DNA from: Camelus dromedarius
Lineage: Eukaryota
Assembly (NCBI RefSeq): GCF_036321535.1
Contig: NC_087437.1
Span: forward strand, 113,524,001-113,588,000
DNA length: 64,000 nt
Direction of reading: 5' to 3'
Each line of letters begins with the position of its first letter. Position 1 is the first letter of the stretch. Shown one piece after another: positions 1-14,851 of this stretch. Made by a program: the position numbers and the translations under genes. The notes under the pieces are model-generated. The model was not told where the DNA came from, did not search any database, and saw nothing but the letters and a program-made list of their open reading frames with translations.

Positions 1-3000
1 GGACAGTGACCCCCTGGCCACTCACAGCTCCTGATCACTTGCTAGTGAAGAGCCAGTCACGACCAGCAGCTGTGTTTAACAGGCATCTCTACCTCACACC
101 ATCCAGAGAAAAAGCCGGCAGGTTGTGTGGGGGATGCTGGCCTCACTCAAGCTGACTTTTGTCCACTGTTGCCAACACACAGCTGAGAAGGAGCATTTGG
201 GGGTGTTCCCTCCCCCATCAGTTACTTGAGTGGGCAGTGGCTTTTTGCCTGGGACATCCATGGCACAGTGATGAAAAACGCTGGTTCCACTGCTTGCCAG
301 CTAATGTTGGGAGGGAAAGTTCTATTTATTCTATGACCCTGATGACCACACCTGAGCCAGTTAGAGTGAAGGACAAAAAGGCTGTCAATATGTCCCTCCA
401 AAACCCGGGCACCATTCTCCCGTCCAAATCTTTTCTGGGTTTGAAAACAACAGGCGCTCCCCCCTCCCTGCCTCTCCCCTGGGATCTGGAAGGCTGGCCC
501 GGTGGGACCTGCTGCCCAGCTCCAGTCTGCTAGGAGGGCAACTGGAGAACTGCCTTTTGCACCAACGTTTTGAACTTTCCCTCCTTTGAACTCCATAAAC
601 AGCCCCTCTTCTGTAGGAACACGCGGGTGTGTGAACGCATCCCCTCCCCTCAGTGAGAGCGCCCTCAGGAACCGCAGGTTACACGGAGGGGCCCCCCAAC
701 TCCCTTGCCAGTCCCTCCTCCACCCCCACTTAACCACTTCTGCTTCCTTCACCTTCTTCGCAGCTGCAGCAGGGAGCTATAGTAAAGCTACTGTATAGGA
801 TTTTGAAAGCAGGGCCTCTGAGCGCTTTCCCAACTCCATACAGGCAGGGTATTCTCTACCGTGTTTTCTTTGGCTGCAGGTTGGTAACACAGAATGAGTC
901 AAACAGTATTAACTTTCAATAGGGAAGTGGTGTGGTCAACCAAAGCTGTTTGCGGCTAGATTGGGAAGATAGGTAGGGCAGGTAATGAAGAACAGCCCGT
1001 AATACTGCGAGGAGGCAAGGGAGGGAGGCAGCCTGGCTCAGGGACATCCAACAATTAAGTCAACAGGACTCAAACCATCTTTTTTCAGTTGGCTGAGGAA
1101 TGAACACCGAGGTCTCCGACCGGCCAGCTTCAGGAAGTTGGCCATGTTGGGACTGTGTGGCTTACACAATTGAGCACTTTGTGGGTGTAAGGATGGCTGA
1201 CTTTTTTTTTCTTTTTCTTTTTCTTTTTTTTTTCTTTTTCACTTTCTTTATTCTTTTTAAATGATGCCAAAGTCATGGGAAATCTAGTTAGGATCATTTC
1301 CCCTCCTTATGGCATGTTGCTCTGGATGCACCTTTATTTCCTTCATTTTCCTGCTTGGGGTGTGAGTAGCTACACCCTGCCCCCTCTTCCTTCACTGGAC
1401 CCTCACCATCTTCTGGATCCGGGATCTGTCTCCCCAGGCTGGCGGGCCGGTGACAAGACCCAACTCTCCTTCTCCGGGTGAGATGATGTGCAGAGGGTGT
1501 GATCCCTGCTACAGACACAGTGTCTTCCTTTTAGAAACTGATAAGGATCTGAAACCATCAAATCCTCTCTTCTGTTCTGCAGATGAGGAAACTGAGGCTC
1601 AGAGAGAGATGCAGGCTGCTGACATCTGCAGAGCCAGCAGAGGCCAGGATGTTGGATTCCCAGGCCAGCGGCTGCCACTCCCTTGCCGGGGGCTCAGAAT
1701 TCCTTTTACAGCTCAACGGAGCAGCTCCGAGAACAGCCCAGCCCTCGAGACTCAAATTTCAGTAGTTTCTAGTTCTTTCTCCTTGTACTGGGCTACCTAT
1801 TTATTTTGAGACCAGCTGAATCACGCAAGGAATAGAACGAGTTTCTCCTCCCAGCCTGCCTCCGGCAGTGTGTCCGTGAATGAATGGGGCACAAGCTCCG
1901 GAGAGCCCTGCAAGGCTCTCACCTCGGAGCAGCTGCAGGTTCTGGCTCCACCTGGGAAACTGGCACAAAGGCTCCAGGTTGTAATATTTCACCTCCCTGC
2001 AAGCTAATCCAGAAATCTAGGCAAGCAGCATATTATATAAAAAGCCACAGGTGGAAAAAAAAGGAAAGGAATAAGGACCCCGCCACTATAATCTCTGCAA
2101 CTTTTCCAAGCCTTTCACCGAAAGAAAATGACGTAGCAGAGATGGAGAGGGAAAACGCTTTGCTTTTGGAAGAGAATTAGATTTTAAAATAAAACTCAGC
2201 TCTCTTAACCAACGAGGTTGCTCCTTTTTTTTGTTTCCAAGATGCCTAAAGGGTGTGTAATAGTAGGCAAAGAAAATATTAAGATATTCTAATGGCAAAA
2301 GGTAAAGTTTCTAAAAGTCTGGATTCACAGCGGGGCCGATTTAAATGTCTCTATTTTTTCTCTAGTTTTCTTCTCCTCCATCCTGGAAGACAGGATGAGA
2401 GGAAATGTATCTTCAAGAAACCAGTAATTATTTCAGATCCCTGAGATTTTTGCATAACACACACAACAATACATTTTTCTATGATTATTTTTCTATTACC
2501 TAATTACATATCTGTATATTTCTATTATCTGATACACTGTTTACAAGGCACCTCCATAAATATTATCTCAATTCATCCAAAGCAACCCTATGCCTGGGAG
2601 CTCATGTAATTATCCCCATCATATAGATGACTCAGTGGAAGCTTCTAAACGCTAAGAGTCTTAGCAGTTCACACAGCAAGCATGGGGGCTTCCGGTCAGT
2701 TAAGAAAAGAGTACAATTTGATAGCCCTTGGGAAAGACCACCTCTTCCCAAGGAAGCAGGGGATTATGGTGAACTTGGTTTTGTTCCAATGAGGAGTACA
2801 TTGGTGACATTGGTTCAGTAATTCAGTATTTGTGGTTAGTAATAGGTAGAGTGGAAGGAAAAAGAGGAAAAAGTCCTTATTGTTTTATATCACGAGAGCC
2901 CAATCTGCCAGAATTAAAAAACAAAAACAAAAACAAAAAAAAACTCGGTAATGACGAATATTTGGCCCGCACTTGGGCAGAATTCTAGTTGCTTCCTCTG

Positions 3001-3059
3001 GTAAGGGCTGTGGGATGAGGGGAGGGGACCCACCTGTGTCCAGGGCATGTGCTTTCATA

Positions 3060-3430
3060 ATAACAGCTAATATTTAAGGATCACCACTGCGCCAGGCACC
3101 GTGCTGTCATCCTATGTGCTACTTTATTCAATTGGCACAAGAATCCCCAAGCTAGGGACATCACTTTCATGGTGTTACACCTGAGGAGGCAGAGCTTGGG
3201 GAAGCTGACCTGGTCACAGGGGAGAGGTGAGGGTGAATCAGGCAGTCAGCTCTCCAGCCAGGCTGCCAACCACCACTCCAGTCTGCCTGTCAGGCTGTCT
3301 CATTCAATCCTCGCATTCCCCAGCAAGGCAGATGTCACAAGCCCATTCTACAGATGGGGAAACTGATGCACAGCTAGTAAGTATTGGGGATCAGACCTGA
3401 GGCCAGGTCGGTCCAGCTCCAAACTCCTCC
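3060..3430. mobile_element. MIR-derived fragments (approximate)
   Basis: AATAACAGCTAATATTTA..GCCAGGCAC and CCCATTCTACAGATGGGGAAACTGA motifs. Confidence 0.55.
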
Positions 3431-6400
3431 CTTACTCCTCACTCCTCACAGAGGCTCAGGGCTCTCTGCTTCATTTCTGAGGCAGGGCTGTGTATGCCGT
3501 GCCAGAGAATGAAAAGCTGTGACTCTGCGTATTTCTCCTTAGCTCTTTAAAGCAAGTGAATTTGAAATATCATAAAACCACTTCAGAGGTTAAGTAATAA
3601 TAAGGTGATACTAGGAAGAAATCCAAAAAGGGCCATAAATGTATATAGTTCCTAAGAGCTTAGTTAATTTCAAATATTTACTTTTTATCTCAAATGACCA
3701 GAAAGCTGACTTCTAAGCCATCGTGAACAAAAAAACAAAAACAAACAAATGGAATCTCAAATGTTCGAAAGAAAGTTCAATAACAATCTGAATTTTAGTC
3801 AATACTTGCTTTAATGGAACCTGAGTATATGTAAATCATGGCAGAACCAAAGTGATGTATTGCCATTAACTTACTTTATTGGGGTCTAGGGAGTTGGCAG
3901 ATTAATTCAACTGTGTTCCTTTAAAAAGGCAAATGGAAAAGAATTTTGCTTTGGGTACCTAAATTTTTTTTTTTTTTTTTTTTTACTTTGGCTTTCATCT
4001 ACAAATGTATAGCCAGATTATTTGGGAATTGGCTACTGGGAATTTTCCCAGTGACAGTGCATAACCTGCACAAAGAACTCACTCTAAATGTACTACATGT
4101 AACTCACAGGGTGTAAAAGGTATTTCACATCCAGTGTCAGTTTTTGTGATGTGTCTGATAACATAGCTGTAATGCTCAGTAACAGGTTATACCTAATTTA
4201 CCCCTTTTTTATTGCCAACTTTTCATAGCAAAAAAGCAAACCTTTAAAACAAATTGTTTATAAGGGAAAAGAACATGGAAAGGATGGAGAACACAGAAAT
4301 CGCAAGCTAGCTCAACGGACTTAAAACACAGACCTAGTGCAAGGGGGTAGTTTTATTTAATTTACTTAAATTGAACATCTTTGTTTGTTTGTTTGTTTTG
4401 GTTATGGTATTGGAGTTCTATCAGACCCACTGGACCCAATTCTTACTAATGCCTCTCCTAGCTACATGGCTTACAGGAAAAAAGCCAAGCCTTTGCAAAA
4501 ACTCAAGAAGAGTATGAAAAAAAAAAAAAAGAAGAGTCTTTATGAAAAATGAAAAATGTAAAGTGGTTAACGAATGAAAAAAATTATAAGTCCACCCCAG
4601 TGCCTAGAAGCGGATGCGTTACAATGCTCTGGGCCAACTGCAATCCACCTGCAAGCTGTGCGCCCACCCCGGCTCCAGGATAGCTGCGCGCACAGCGATA
4701 GGGTCCACCTGCTCGTGCAGCACCCACGTCATGGCTTAGGTGCTTCCCAAAGTGCAACCAGATTGCAGCCTGGGCCTCAGCGGAGCCGCTCCCCAACCAT
4801 CCCAGGTCAGAGGCTGCTCCACCGGGTCAGAAGGTGAGCGGGCAGCAAACCGAGGCGCGGCGCATGCCCAGAAGAGTCTTCGATGTGCAAAGTGGGTGCA
4901 CCATATCTTTGAAATGTGCCACTGAATGTCTTTGGGGAAATGAAGGAAAGCCCTACCAAACACATCCCCCCAGCCCCCCAGAAAAAATGCCAGGGCAAGA
5001 AAGAAAAGAGGAAAGAAGAAGAAACTCAGGGAGTGGCTGAGTTTGCAGGCTTCCTAGGCCTGCAAAGCTTGGCTGTAACCGGTCCAGGTACCACCCGTCC
5101 CCGGAGTAAGCTGCATTCGTCTGGTGGGAGAATTCAGACCCCAAAAGACTCTGGCACATTTCATGTCAGTTTTCTAGAACACTGTGGAAGAGCCTCTTCT
5201 AAGCTGTGTCGTGCATATATCATAAAGCATCCACATGTTAGACCTCAAATACCCACTTCCGATGTTACTCAGACAGGATTCTTCCCCCTGAGTTTTACAC
5301 AAAGTTCAACCTTTGGGGCAAAGCCATTTAGCCATGAGGGACTTAGGAACAGTGCCCATTTTGTTTTAAAGGTCCATAAAAATGCCAGAAAAGATATTTC
5401 ACTGTGTCTAAATACAAAAGGAAAACCAAAAAAAAAAAAAAAATCAAAATTTATAAATGTTTAATTACGTGTCTAAAAAAATGAAACATTATGGCAACTT
5501 CATGAATTTTTAAGCTTAGGAATCACAAGTCTTCTTCTGTTTAGAGTTTTCTCATTTCCAAACGGTTCCAAGACTAAAGGCAAGTAATTGCTCCATCTGC
5601 TCAACACCGACTGTGTGCCAGGCATTGGTTCAAAATGTTCTACCAAGGCTGTTGCATTCCGGCTCCCTGCCCCAAGAGGTTAGCACAGCCACTGTCCCTG
5701 TTTTATCGAGGCTCAGCCAGGCCAGCAACCCCTCCCCTCCACCCCCGGCAAGGTACGGTTACCCACACAGTCAGCAACTGCCAAAACAGGGATTCAGCCC
5801 GATGGTGATCACTATGTTGATGGCAGGGAATTCAGGGCCACAGGAAATTAAGTGAGTTACTCATAGCCAGATAATTTCAACACCAAATGATAAAAGCCGT
5901 TTCACAAATTTACAGCAAAAATATACCTGACAAAGGACTGGGTGTACATGGATTTGTCTGATGTGATGGACGGTGCTGCCCTGGAAGGAGGTCCAGGGGG
6001 GTCAGCCTCTAAGGGGCGCTGTTTGCGGAAAGCCTATGGCTCTGTTTTTCTGATGATATTTTGTTACCCATTCAGTGGGAACTAATTTAGAGATTATCTC
6101 GTGCCATCGCCTGGTTGGACAGAAGGGGAAAGTGAGGAGAAAGTACTTAAGATAATTGCCCAAGTTCACACCCACTGGCCTGGTGGCGCCAGCATGAAAC
6201 CCGGGTCCCCCAGGTCAGGATCCAGAAACCTTTTTACATCTTAGAAGATTAAGAAACGGAAGTCCAAATGCAGACAGGATTTTTTTTTTTCTTTTAGCAC
6301 CTCACATACTAAATTCTAACAAGGACTGTGATATGTTAGCTTAGATCTTGATTTCACTGGTGTGGCATTTAAATAGTGATGTGGGCTTGCCATGGTCCAG

Positions 6401-7789
6401 ATGGAAAGAGATACTCAAGGTTATGGTTTAAGTTTCATTCCATATTTCTTCTCTCTCCCTGCCCCCTAGGTTAGACTGAGAAAGTACCCAGATCACTTCT
6501 TTGGGTTCTCATTGGTACCTGGGAGGAACTTTTTTCTCTTCTTTTCTGTAGCAATACAAATGCCATCTAAAAATCTCAGTGACTTCTCTATAAGACAGAG
6601 CTAGTTACTAAGAGGTTGCAGGCCTACCTGGGTCTGAGTTACCAAGGTGAGTGATCAATGCTTCTCAGGGCAGAAGCTCACTCCCTCCAGGATCCTCTTA
6701 CATCCCCATTTGTCCAAGGGACCCTTTCAGACCTTAGCCTGATTAAGTCCACTGAAAACTCACGGGTCAAGGAAATCTTTATGTATACAAAATTCTTCTT
6801 GGTCTAGTTTGATGCTACTAAGCATAATAAACAGAAAGACATCCTAATATCCACTAGAAACATTTAGGCAGGATTATTATTGCTTTCAAAACTGCTTTTG
6901 CCAAGTCATCAGATAGTTGGGGAGCTTATCACAGGACCAGTGGCAGTTACCCCAGAAAGTCCGTCTTAGCACTGAATTGCCTTTCACAATGGGGAGAAGG
7001 GATATGCGTAAGTAGAACATTCTACCTATTGGACCTTCTGTCTCCTAGTTTACATTTGGGTGAGAGGGAAGAAAGAATTATTTCCTTTTCTTTTGGGGAA
7101 TAACAATTTCATCTAGAAAGAAGTCCAAATCTGACATTTGAGGAATCCAGGGAAAGAGAGATTAAGCAGATCATTGGTCATTATTTGGAGTGACTGCCTG
7201 AAGCACTTTCCAGCGAACAAAGTGACTGTGGATTGAAAACTACAATCCTGAGATCACGGATCTGGACAACTGTCCGGCATTCCACTAACCAGTCAAGAGC
7301 AAAGAAGGACACAGATTTGCATCCTTCTAGTGGGCTGTGCACTGTGCACGTGGTCCCTCTAGGAAGCTCTTTGCTGAAGAGGGAACGGGACTTGGACCAT
7401 CCACCTAGTGGTCACTGTTGTCACATTACTCATTTTTCCTGTGTGCCTGCACTGGACGGGGAGGTTTCCATTGTGCACTATCCCTGTTTCAGGTCCCTGT
7501 TGATGCCAGGCCCATGAGCAGACCTGGAGACAGATATGGGACCAGCAGTCAGCCTGTGTGACGGTGTGTCTAGTCTGCTTCACGGCAGCCCTGCCCCATG
7601 GAAAATGCTGATCCCATCCCACTGGTACAAAAATGACAACTACCAAGGCTGTGAGGCTCTGCTTTCTGGAAGAAAACTGTATTTGAACCAGAATTTTATT
7701 GATAAACTCTCCTAATAAAAAATTTCTGAACAGAAATTTCAGCACAATAAACTCAAGTAGCTACTGGTGTAGTTTTTAAAAACAGACTC

Positions 7790-7995
7790 TGGCATGGGTA
7801 GATTGCCACGTCTGGACCGCTTCATTTCAGTTCTGGCTTTGCTAACTGTGTGATCTTGGCCAAGGGACCGGATTTCTCTTTGTGTCAATTTTCTTACCAA
7901 ATCTTGCAAAGATGATGTCAATTAAAGTATGTGAAGCACCTTGAACAGTGCTAGGCAAACAATTAGCACTAAGTGTTAGGTATTATTATTATTAT
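7790..7995. mobile_element. MIR SINE relic (approximate)
   Basis: TCTGGCTTTGCTAACTGTGTGATCTTGGCCAAG...TATGTGAAGCACCTTGAACAGTGCTAGGCA..TATTATTATT. Confidence 0.65.
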
Positions 7996-10020
7996 TAGGT
8001 GTTTTGATTATTAAGAGAAAATAACATTTGAAAAAAGAACTGTATATTAGTTAATCACCAGAGCAATGGGTAAACATTTCTGTTCATCCCATACGTTTCT
8101 GGATAAATTTGATTTCAAATACTTTTAGGTCTGTTATTATCCTAAGTCTACAGGCATCTTTCATCCATTCCTCTTTTTCACTTGAAACATGCTCGCCATA
8201 AACAAAGACCCTGTTTCCTCTCTCTATAGATACATGTATATATTATAGATCTGCTATTTACTTTCAAAATCATAGAAGAAAGTTCTATTTGTATGACATA
8301 GTCTCAACAAAGTCCTTAACAAAGCAAGTGAGTGATGGGGAGTTAAGTGCCTCAGTTGACTTATTTTTAACTATAACTCCCCATGGTTAGCAGGCAAGAA
8401 GGCTAGTGACCCAGAAAGCAGCATATTCCAAATATTTTAAGCAGCGGCTCCACCTGGCTATCTGTCACTGTGAAACTCAAGAGCGTGGGTACAGCAGTTA
8501 CTAACCCGAGGGCAGAAAGTTGTCCCAGAAATGGCCAATATTGGTTTTATGAACCTTTTCAATTTTTAATTGGGTTACTCAGTGTTCCAGATGTAACGGA
8601 CACCTGGCCAGCCAGGTGAGGGCTCATGACTTCAGAATGACTGCCTAGTCCCCACCCCACTGGGACAACTTCCCCGACCTCACCACCGGGTCAGTTAGGG
8701 TCCCCACTACTGGCTCTCTTCAACCCCTCTTAGCAAAATATCTGCCTCCATGGCCGAGTTGATTCACACATTCAAATTATTTAGTGAAATGTCTGCAGAG
8801 AATACGCTTTGGTATCTCAGCATTATCATATTACAGACACGTGGGCTGAGAGCTAGAGTCTCCCATTAGGTCCCCTGAAATAGTTTTTTAAAAATGCATA
8901 AAAACAACCCTCAAACATCCTTTTCTTGAAAAATCCCTGCACTCTGTCTTTCACGCTTAAAGAGAAAACTGTCTCTTAACACACCGACAAGCTTGTCTCC
9001 CCCTACAAACTGAAAACAGACCCCCACTGCTGCTTGCAAGAACTGATCCCAGTCGAAAATACCTTCTGATGCTGTTCTTCCTCCATAATCAATTGTACTT
9101 TTCAACAATTAATAATTTCTCCCTTGGCCTGAGATGTAAAAAAAAAAAATCCCATGGAATGGGGGAAAAATAAGTTTTCACTCATCAAGTGGCAGGCCAG
9201 TTATTGTAAAAGGGCAGGTAACCAACCAAAATGAAAAACGTTTTCAGTTCTCTTTGGAATACACTTTTTGCTACAATTTCACCACTGAAAACCAGGAAAT
9301 TGGTTGGGAAACATCGAGTTATGCCATCGGCCTGGCCAGCAGACTCGCTGTGGCATGTTCCTTAATTCTTTGTCCTTTTCTTAATGACCTGCCTGGCAGG
9401 TGGAATGAGATAAGTTCTCCTGCTGGGTTTTACACAAATGCTTTAAGGTGAAGGCTCCTGCCTGCAATCAGGCACTGACATTGGCCCTTTCGAGACAATC
9501 TTAGAGCTGAGACAAACGTGAGAAGTCACAGAAGCCAACACCTCATTTCAAACAAGAGGCTATGGAGGCTGGGTCAGGGAGTTTAGAACAGATGATGTGC
9601 AGATGGTATGGAGTGGATGGAGAGGTGACTGTGTGGACAGACAGACGGACAGATGGATGAGAGTACAGGGTTAGGCATCAGGAGCTCCTCATTCTAATTT
9701 TGGCCCCATCACCCACTATTTCTTTCCAACCTAGGTAGATCATTTCGTTTCTCTGAGGCTGATTTCCCTTCTGGATGAGGCAATTAGGCTGGAAGGCTCC
9801 CTCAGGTCCTTCCAGCTCTCCTAGTCTTTAATTTCAGGAAACAAGAAAACTTTTCAAAACTGTTCAACTTGGCGATGCTGGGACGATTTTGCCAGAATCA
9901 CCCAGAATTCACAGCACTGTAATCATGATAGGAGGGACCTGGGAGGTGTTATGAATCCACAGAGTTGACACTGGGCATATGGATTTACTTGCAATGACTA
10001 CTCTTAAAATTGCATTAGAA

Positions 10021-10650
10021 AGAATTATTCACAATAGTCAAGACATGGAAGCAGCCAAAATATCTATCTACAGATGATGAATAAAGAAAATGTGATACAC
10101 ACACATACATATACATACACTGGAATATTATTCAGACATAAAAAAGAAATCCTGCCATTTATCATTTGCAACAACACGGATGGACCTTGAGGGCTTTATG
10201 CTAAGTGAAATAAGCCAACAGGGAAAGATAAATACCAAATGATCTCACTTATACGTGGAATCTTAAAAAAAAAAAAAACAAAAAAACAACCCCCCCACAA
10301 ACGCATAGAAACAGAAAGTAGGTTGGTGGTTGCCAGGGGTTATGGGTGGGGGAAATGAGTCAAAGGGGTACAAACTTCCAGTTATAAGACGAAAATGTTC
10401 TGGGGATGTAACGTACAGTATGGACTATGGTTAGCAATACTGTATTATATATTTGAAAATTCTTAATAGCGTAGATCTTAAAAGTTCTCAGCACACCAAA
10501 CAAATTGTCACTATATGATGTGATAGATGTGTTAACTAATCTTACTGAAGTCTTAATTTCACAGCATAGACATGTATCAAATCATCATGTTGCAATCCTT
10601 AAACTGACACAATGTTACATGTCAATTATATCTCAATCAAACTGGGGGTG
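10021..10650 (+). mobile_element. LINE-1 3' fragment (old L1MA/L1MB-like ORF2 end and 3'UTR)
   Basis: Typical L1 3' motifs: TTCACAATAG, TTTGCAACAACACGGATGGACCTTGAGGGC..ATGCTAAGTGAAATAAGCC, and the terminal TGTCAATTATATCTCAAT. Confidence 0.85.
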
Positions 10651-11374
10651 GAAATTCTCTTAACTTTCTCTTAAAAAAAAAAAAAGTGACTGTGAGCAGA
10701 GCTTTATCAAAAAGAAGCTGTTCCCACCTTGAATTAAGACATTCTAGTTATAAGAAGGAAACAGCACACAAAGGCCTGCCTTGCTTTGTAGAGGGAAAAG
10801 GCAGGGTTACCTACTCACCCTAGGAGACTGTGTGCATTTGACTTTGTTCTTGAAGTCTCTTGTGAAATCAAGACTGTCCTCCTGGGCCTATAACGCCTCT
10901 TTATAGCATATTTATATGTATTTAATTTAATTTAATTTGATTATCAATTTAATTTTCCCCTAGACCCCAAATTCCATTTGACAGGAAAGACTCTGTAAAA
11001 ATGAGGTGCCTCTTCGGAGTGAACCCCTTCTGTCTGCTTAAATGGCCCTTTTCAATAATGACTCTTTTCTTAAGTTGTAAAACAGCAGGAAGTAGAGTCA
11101 ACGATATACACAGGTAGGCCATCACAACTGCACATTCTTCCCTGCTGACTGCCGGTTCTTAAAAGTCTGAGCAGCCACCATTTGTTTTCCGAAGCTCAAC
11201 CACCTCGTTAGTACTTTGAATGTTACAGGAAATACTGGCAGTGGGGCCCAAACTGCCCTTTTTTATGCATGAAAGACTAGCAGAAGAGGAAGGACTCCAG
11301 CGGGGTCACCTGGTGTAAGCGTCTTCCTCCAGGCAGGAAGTCCCAGAACTGTCCCAGAGATGGCTCTTGCTTCT

Positions 11375-11630
11375 ATTTTTCTTTTTTAAAAGTTTTAAAA
11401 ATTGAGGTATAGTTGATATACAAAATGATGTAAGTTTCAGGTGTGCAACACAGTGATTCGTAATTTTTAAAGGTTAGATTCCATTTATAGTTATTATAAA
11501 ATACTGGATATCTTCCCTGTGTTGTACTGTATAATCTTTGTATCTTATTTATTTCATACATAGTAGTTTGGACCTCATCATCCCCTACCCCTGTCTTGCC
11601 CCTCTCCATCTCCCTGCTTCTGTTTTTAAA
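11375..11630 (-). mobile_element. LINE-1 3'-end fragment
   Basis: T-rich tail followed by AATTGAGGTATAGTTGATATACAA..GTTTCAGGTGTGCAACACAGTGATTC, the reverse complement of an L1 3' terminus. Confidence 0.8.
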
Positions 11631-13231
11631 GATAGAGATTCTACAGCCTCCTGAGTGAGGCTTTCTCAAAGTTTAATTAGTGTCAAGGTCAATTTCCTCA
11701 CACCTCACGGCTGCCTGTCCCTTCCCCAGTGCCTGCTATAATCTGAGCCTGCCTCCTCTTTGGTCCTCTGTCAGTGCCAAGGCACCTGCGTGGCATCTGT
11801 TATGTTGAATACAGGGTCATTAGGAATCTTCAGTTTCCCATTCCTCCTTTGCAAACCTCCAAAGTTGGGTTTGGTTGTAACTGTGTGGTTCTGAGCCTGT
11901 GGTTTGCTTGGAATTGGAATCAGGGGATGCTACCAAGTCCCAGAGTTTCCTGAGTCTGGGCATGGCCAGAACGTCTCCTGGGGCTTTCAGAGAAAAAGCT
12001 GCGAGGGGGAAATGAGGTCAGAAATTATGGGAGTCGCGGAGCAGGTGAATGGCACCAAAGAAGTGGTGAATGAAACACACGTCCTGGAGGGCTGTCCCAG
12101 GTGGGTGTGGTGGTTTTCTGCGGAGCTCTACCCACTCCTGGGGACTGGGAAAGCTGAGGCAGCACCCAGAATGGTTCTGTACGTGATCAAGGGGCTAAGA
12201 GGCTGTGGCCAGGACAGTAAGAAAGACTGCTGGAAGCTGCGGTGCTCACAGGATGACCTGTAGAGGGCCACGACCCAGAGCTGACCCTAGAGCCCCCCTC
12301 AGCACCACCCTGATGGGAAGGTCCCCGGGGGGAGCAGCAGCCAGAGAGGCTCTATGGGGAATTGCTAGCATTTCTGGGGTTCATTCTCTTTCAGTATTAT
12401 CCCCATTTTATAGAAAAGGAAACTGAGGATCAGAAAGGCTCCATATCTCCCCAATGGCTAAATTGCTTGAACCAGAACACTGCCTGTTTGCCCCAGAACC
12501 CAAATTCTTAACCACTTCATTTCAAGACCTGACATCCTGCATCTCAGTTTCCTGGCAGAGTAGCAAGCCCTAGTTTTGAAACTGCCCCCCTTTTTCCTTG
12601 AGAAGAATGAATCTTAATTTTCCACCGGGGGCCTGATCGGGCTAGGAGGCATGCAGGTGCTGAGCAGGGGCTCCAGTCAGCTCCACAGATCGGGAGCTGT
12701 AACCAGCCTCCATCCCGGGGAAGGGTGTGGTTCTGGAAAAGAGTGTTACTCTGGTGTTTACTCAAAGATAGTCATTAAGTCACCGTGAAGACATTTTTCT
12801 GCAGACTAAACAACCCCACTCCTTTTTTAAAAAAGCTTTCCTCACAGGAGCTCTTTTTTTGGTACCTTCTTTCTATATTTACTGGTTTCCCCAGGCGCTC
12901 TTCTCCCCTCCCGTTCTCTATTTTAAATAATCCTGTAATAAGATTTTGATCTGTGCCACAGAAAGAAAAGGGTCATTTTCACAGTTTTCATCTTTGGCCT
13001 TAACGGATTAATAAAAGGCCAGCATGGATGATAGTCAGCCCCTTTGTGGTCCACTCTGACCCTCCAGACATTTTTGGCCACTTCTGCACCCGGCCAGTCT
13101 TCCACTGTACTTTACCACATACTTGGTCTTTAGTCCCACGCCGCCCCGAAATGATCCTAACATGCACTTGAGTCAGCTTGATTTCCTTCTGCCTTCTAAG
13201 AGGATACCTCAAGAAAAGAGCCTAGTGCTCA

Positions 13232-13606
<375 letters not shown>

Positions 13607-14374
13607 TCATGCTTTCCAGCCCTCAAACTGGAAAGGTGGCAGTCCTTCAGTACATGTCACTGGTTTTCCCAATGCTCCCTTGAGTTTGGTTTTGCTTCAG
13701 TTCTGGAATACACACCTACGTTGCTTTTTAGATGTGCCACTTCCCATAGGCACGTGGCTTTCGTTTGGTCCCTAATAACACAGAATCAGGAGAGATTCAG
13801 ATTTGTTTTCTTTCAGGTCAAGACCCCAGGAAAACAGGAGCAGATGGACAGCTCTCCAGTCCTCCCCACCATGTCCACCCTTTTCATAAGCTCAGGGCAA
13901 AAAGAGCGAAAAAAAAATTTCCATCCTTCCTCTCTAACGTTGTACCTCCAAGGATTAGGAAAGATAGAATTCCTAAGTTTGGGGATAGGCTAAATTACAA
14001 TTATTCTCTCTGTATTTTAAGAATACTAATTGTTGGTTGATTTTAAATATCATTTTGAAATGCCAGATGTCATTCTAGGCAGTCATGGGACTGGCCAGAT
14101 AACATTTACAGTCAATAAATGGACTTAATGATATGCAACTAACAGGCTGAGATTCAGTTACAATTGTTAGCATAAATATGCATATGGATTGCCAGCTAAG
14201 CATTTTATACATACTTAGGAAATGTGGGCATGTCTTCATCGCCTATGTCTAATGCAATGCTTTTAATAACTTTTAAAGGTTGTTTTACAAATATACAATT
14301 TATAATAAAAGTATTAGTATATAAATATGTTATTATTTAAAAGCATTGCTTCCTGGCTAGGTGATGCAGAGCAT

Positions 14375-14550
14375 GTACTCTGGGTTTGAATTCTGTCTAG
14401 CCGACCTCTGGCAAGTCACCAGCCATCTCTGTGCCTCAGTGTCCTTACCTGGAAGACGGATACATATAACATTTCCTACCTGACAGAATTTAGGGAGAGG
14501 CTAAATGAGTTAATATGAGTAAAACCATTAAAACAGTATCTTGGTTCATT
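14375..14550. mobile_element. MIR SINE relic (approximate)
   Basis: CTGGGTTTGAATTCTG..GGCAAGTCAC..TCTCTGTGCCTCAGT core. Confidence 0.65.
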
Positions 14551-14851
14551 GCAGTCAAAGGTATGCATGTGTGTGTGTGTGTGTGTGGAAAGAAAGACAG
14601 ACAGACACAGCTCTTCCTGCTAAATAGTCAGAAGATTTGGCTTCCTGTACAAATATTTGACCTCTCCAGATTTCAGCTTCCTTGTCTGAAAAATGAGGGG
14701 GTTCATGGGCTACATACAATGTCACTTTTAACTCTGGTTTTTACCTTCTGAGATAAAATCCTGGTGCCCAACTCCACATGTAGGCGTGCACCTGCCCTGT
14801 ATGTCCTCTGCTGCCTGCAACGTCAGCATTTCAGAGATTCCCTGAAAACAC

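Noticed and set aside
6006..6019. CTCF-like CCTCTAAGGGGCGC (and a similar partial match at ~15913)
   Set aside because: Mismatches fall at high-information core positions, so it is too weak without ChIP data.
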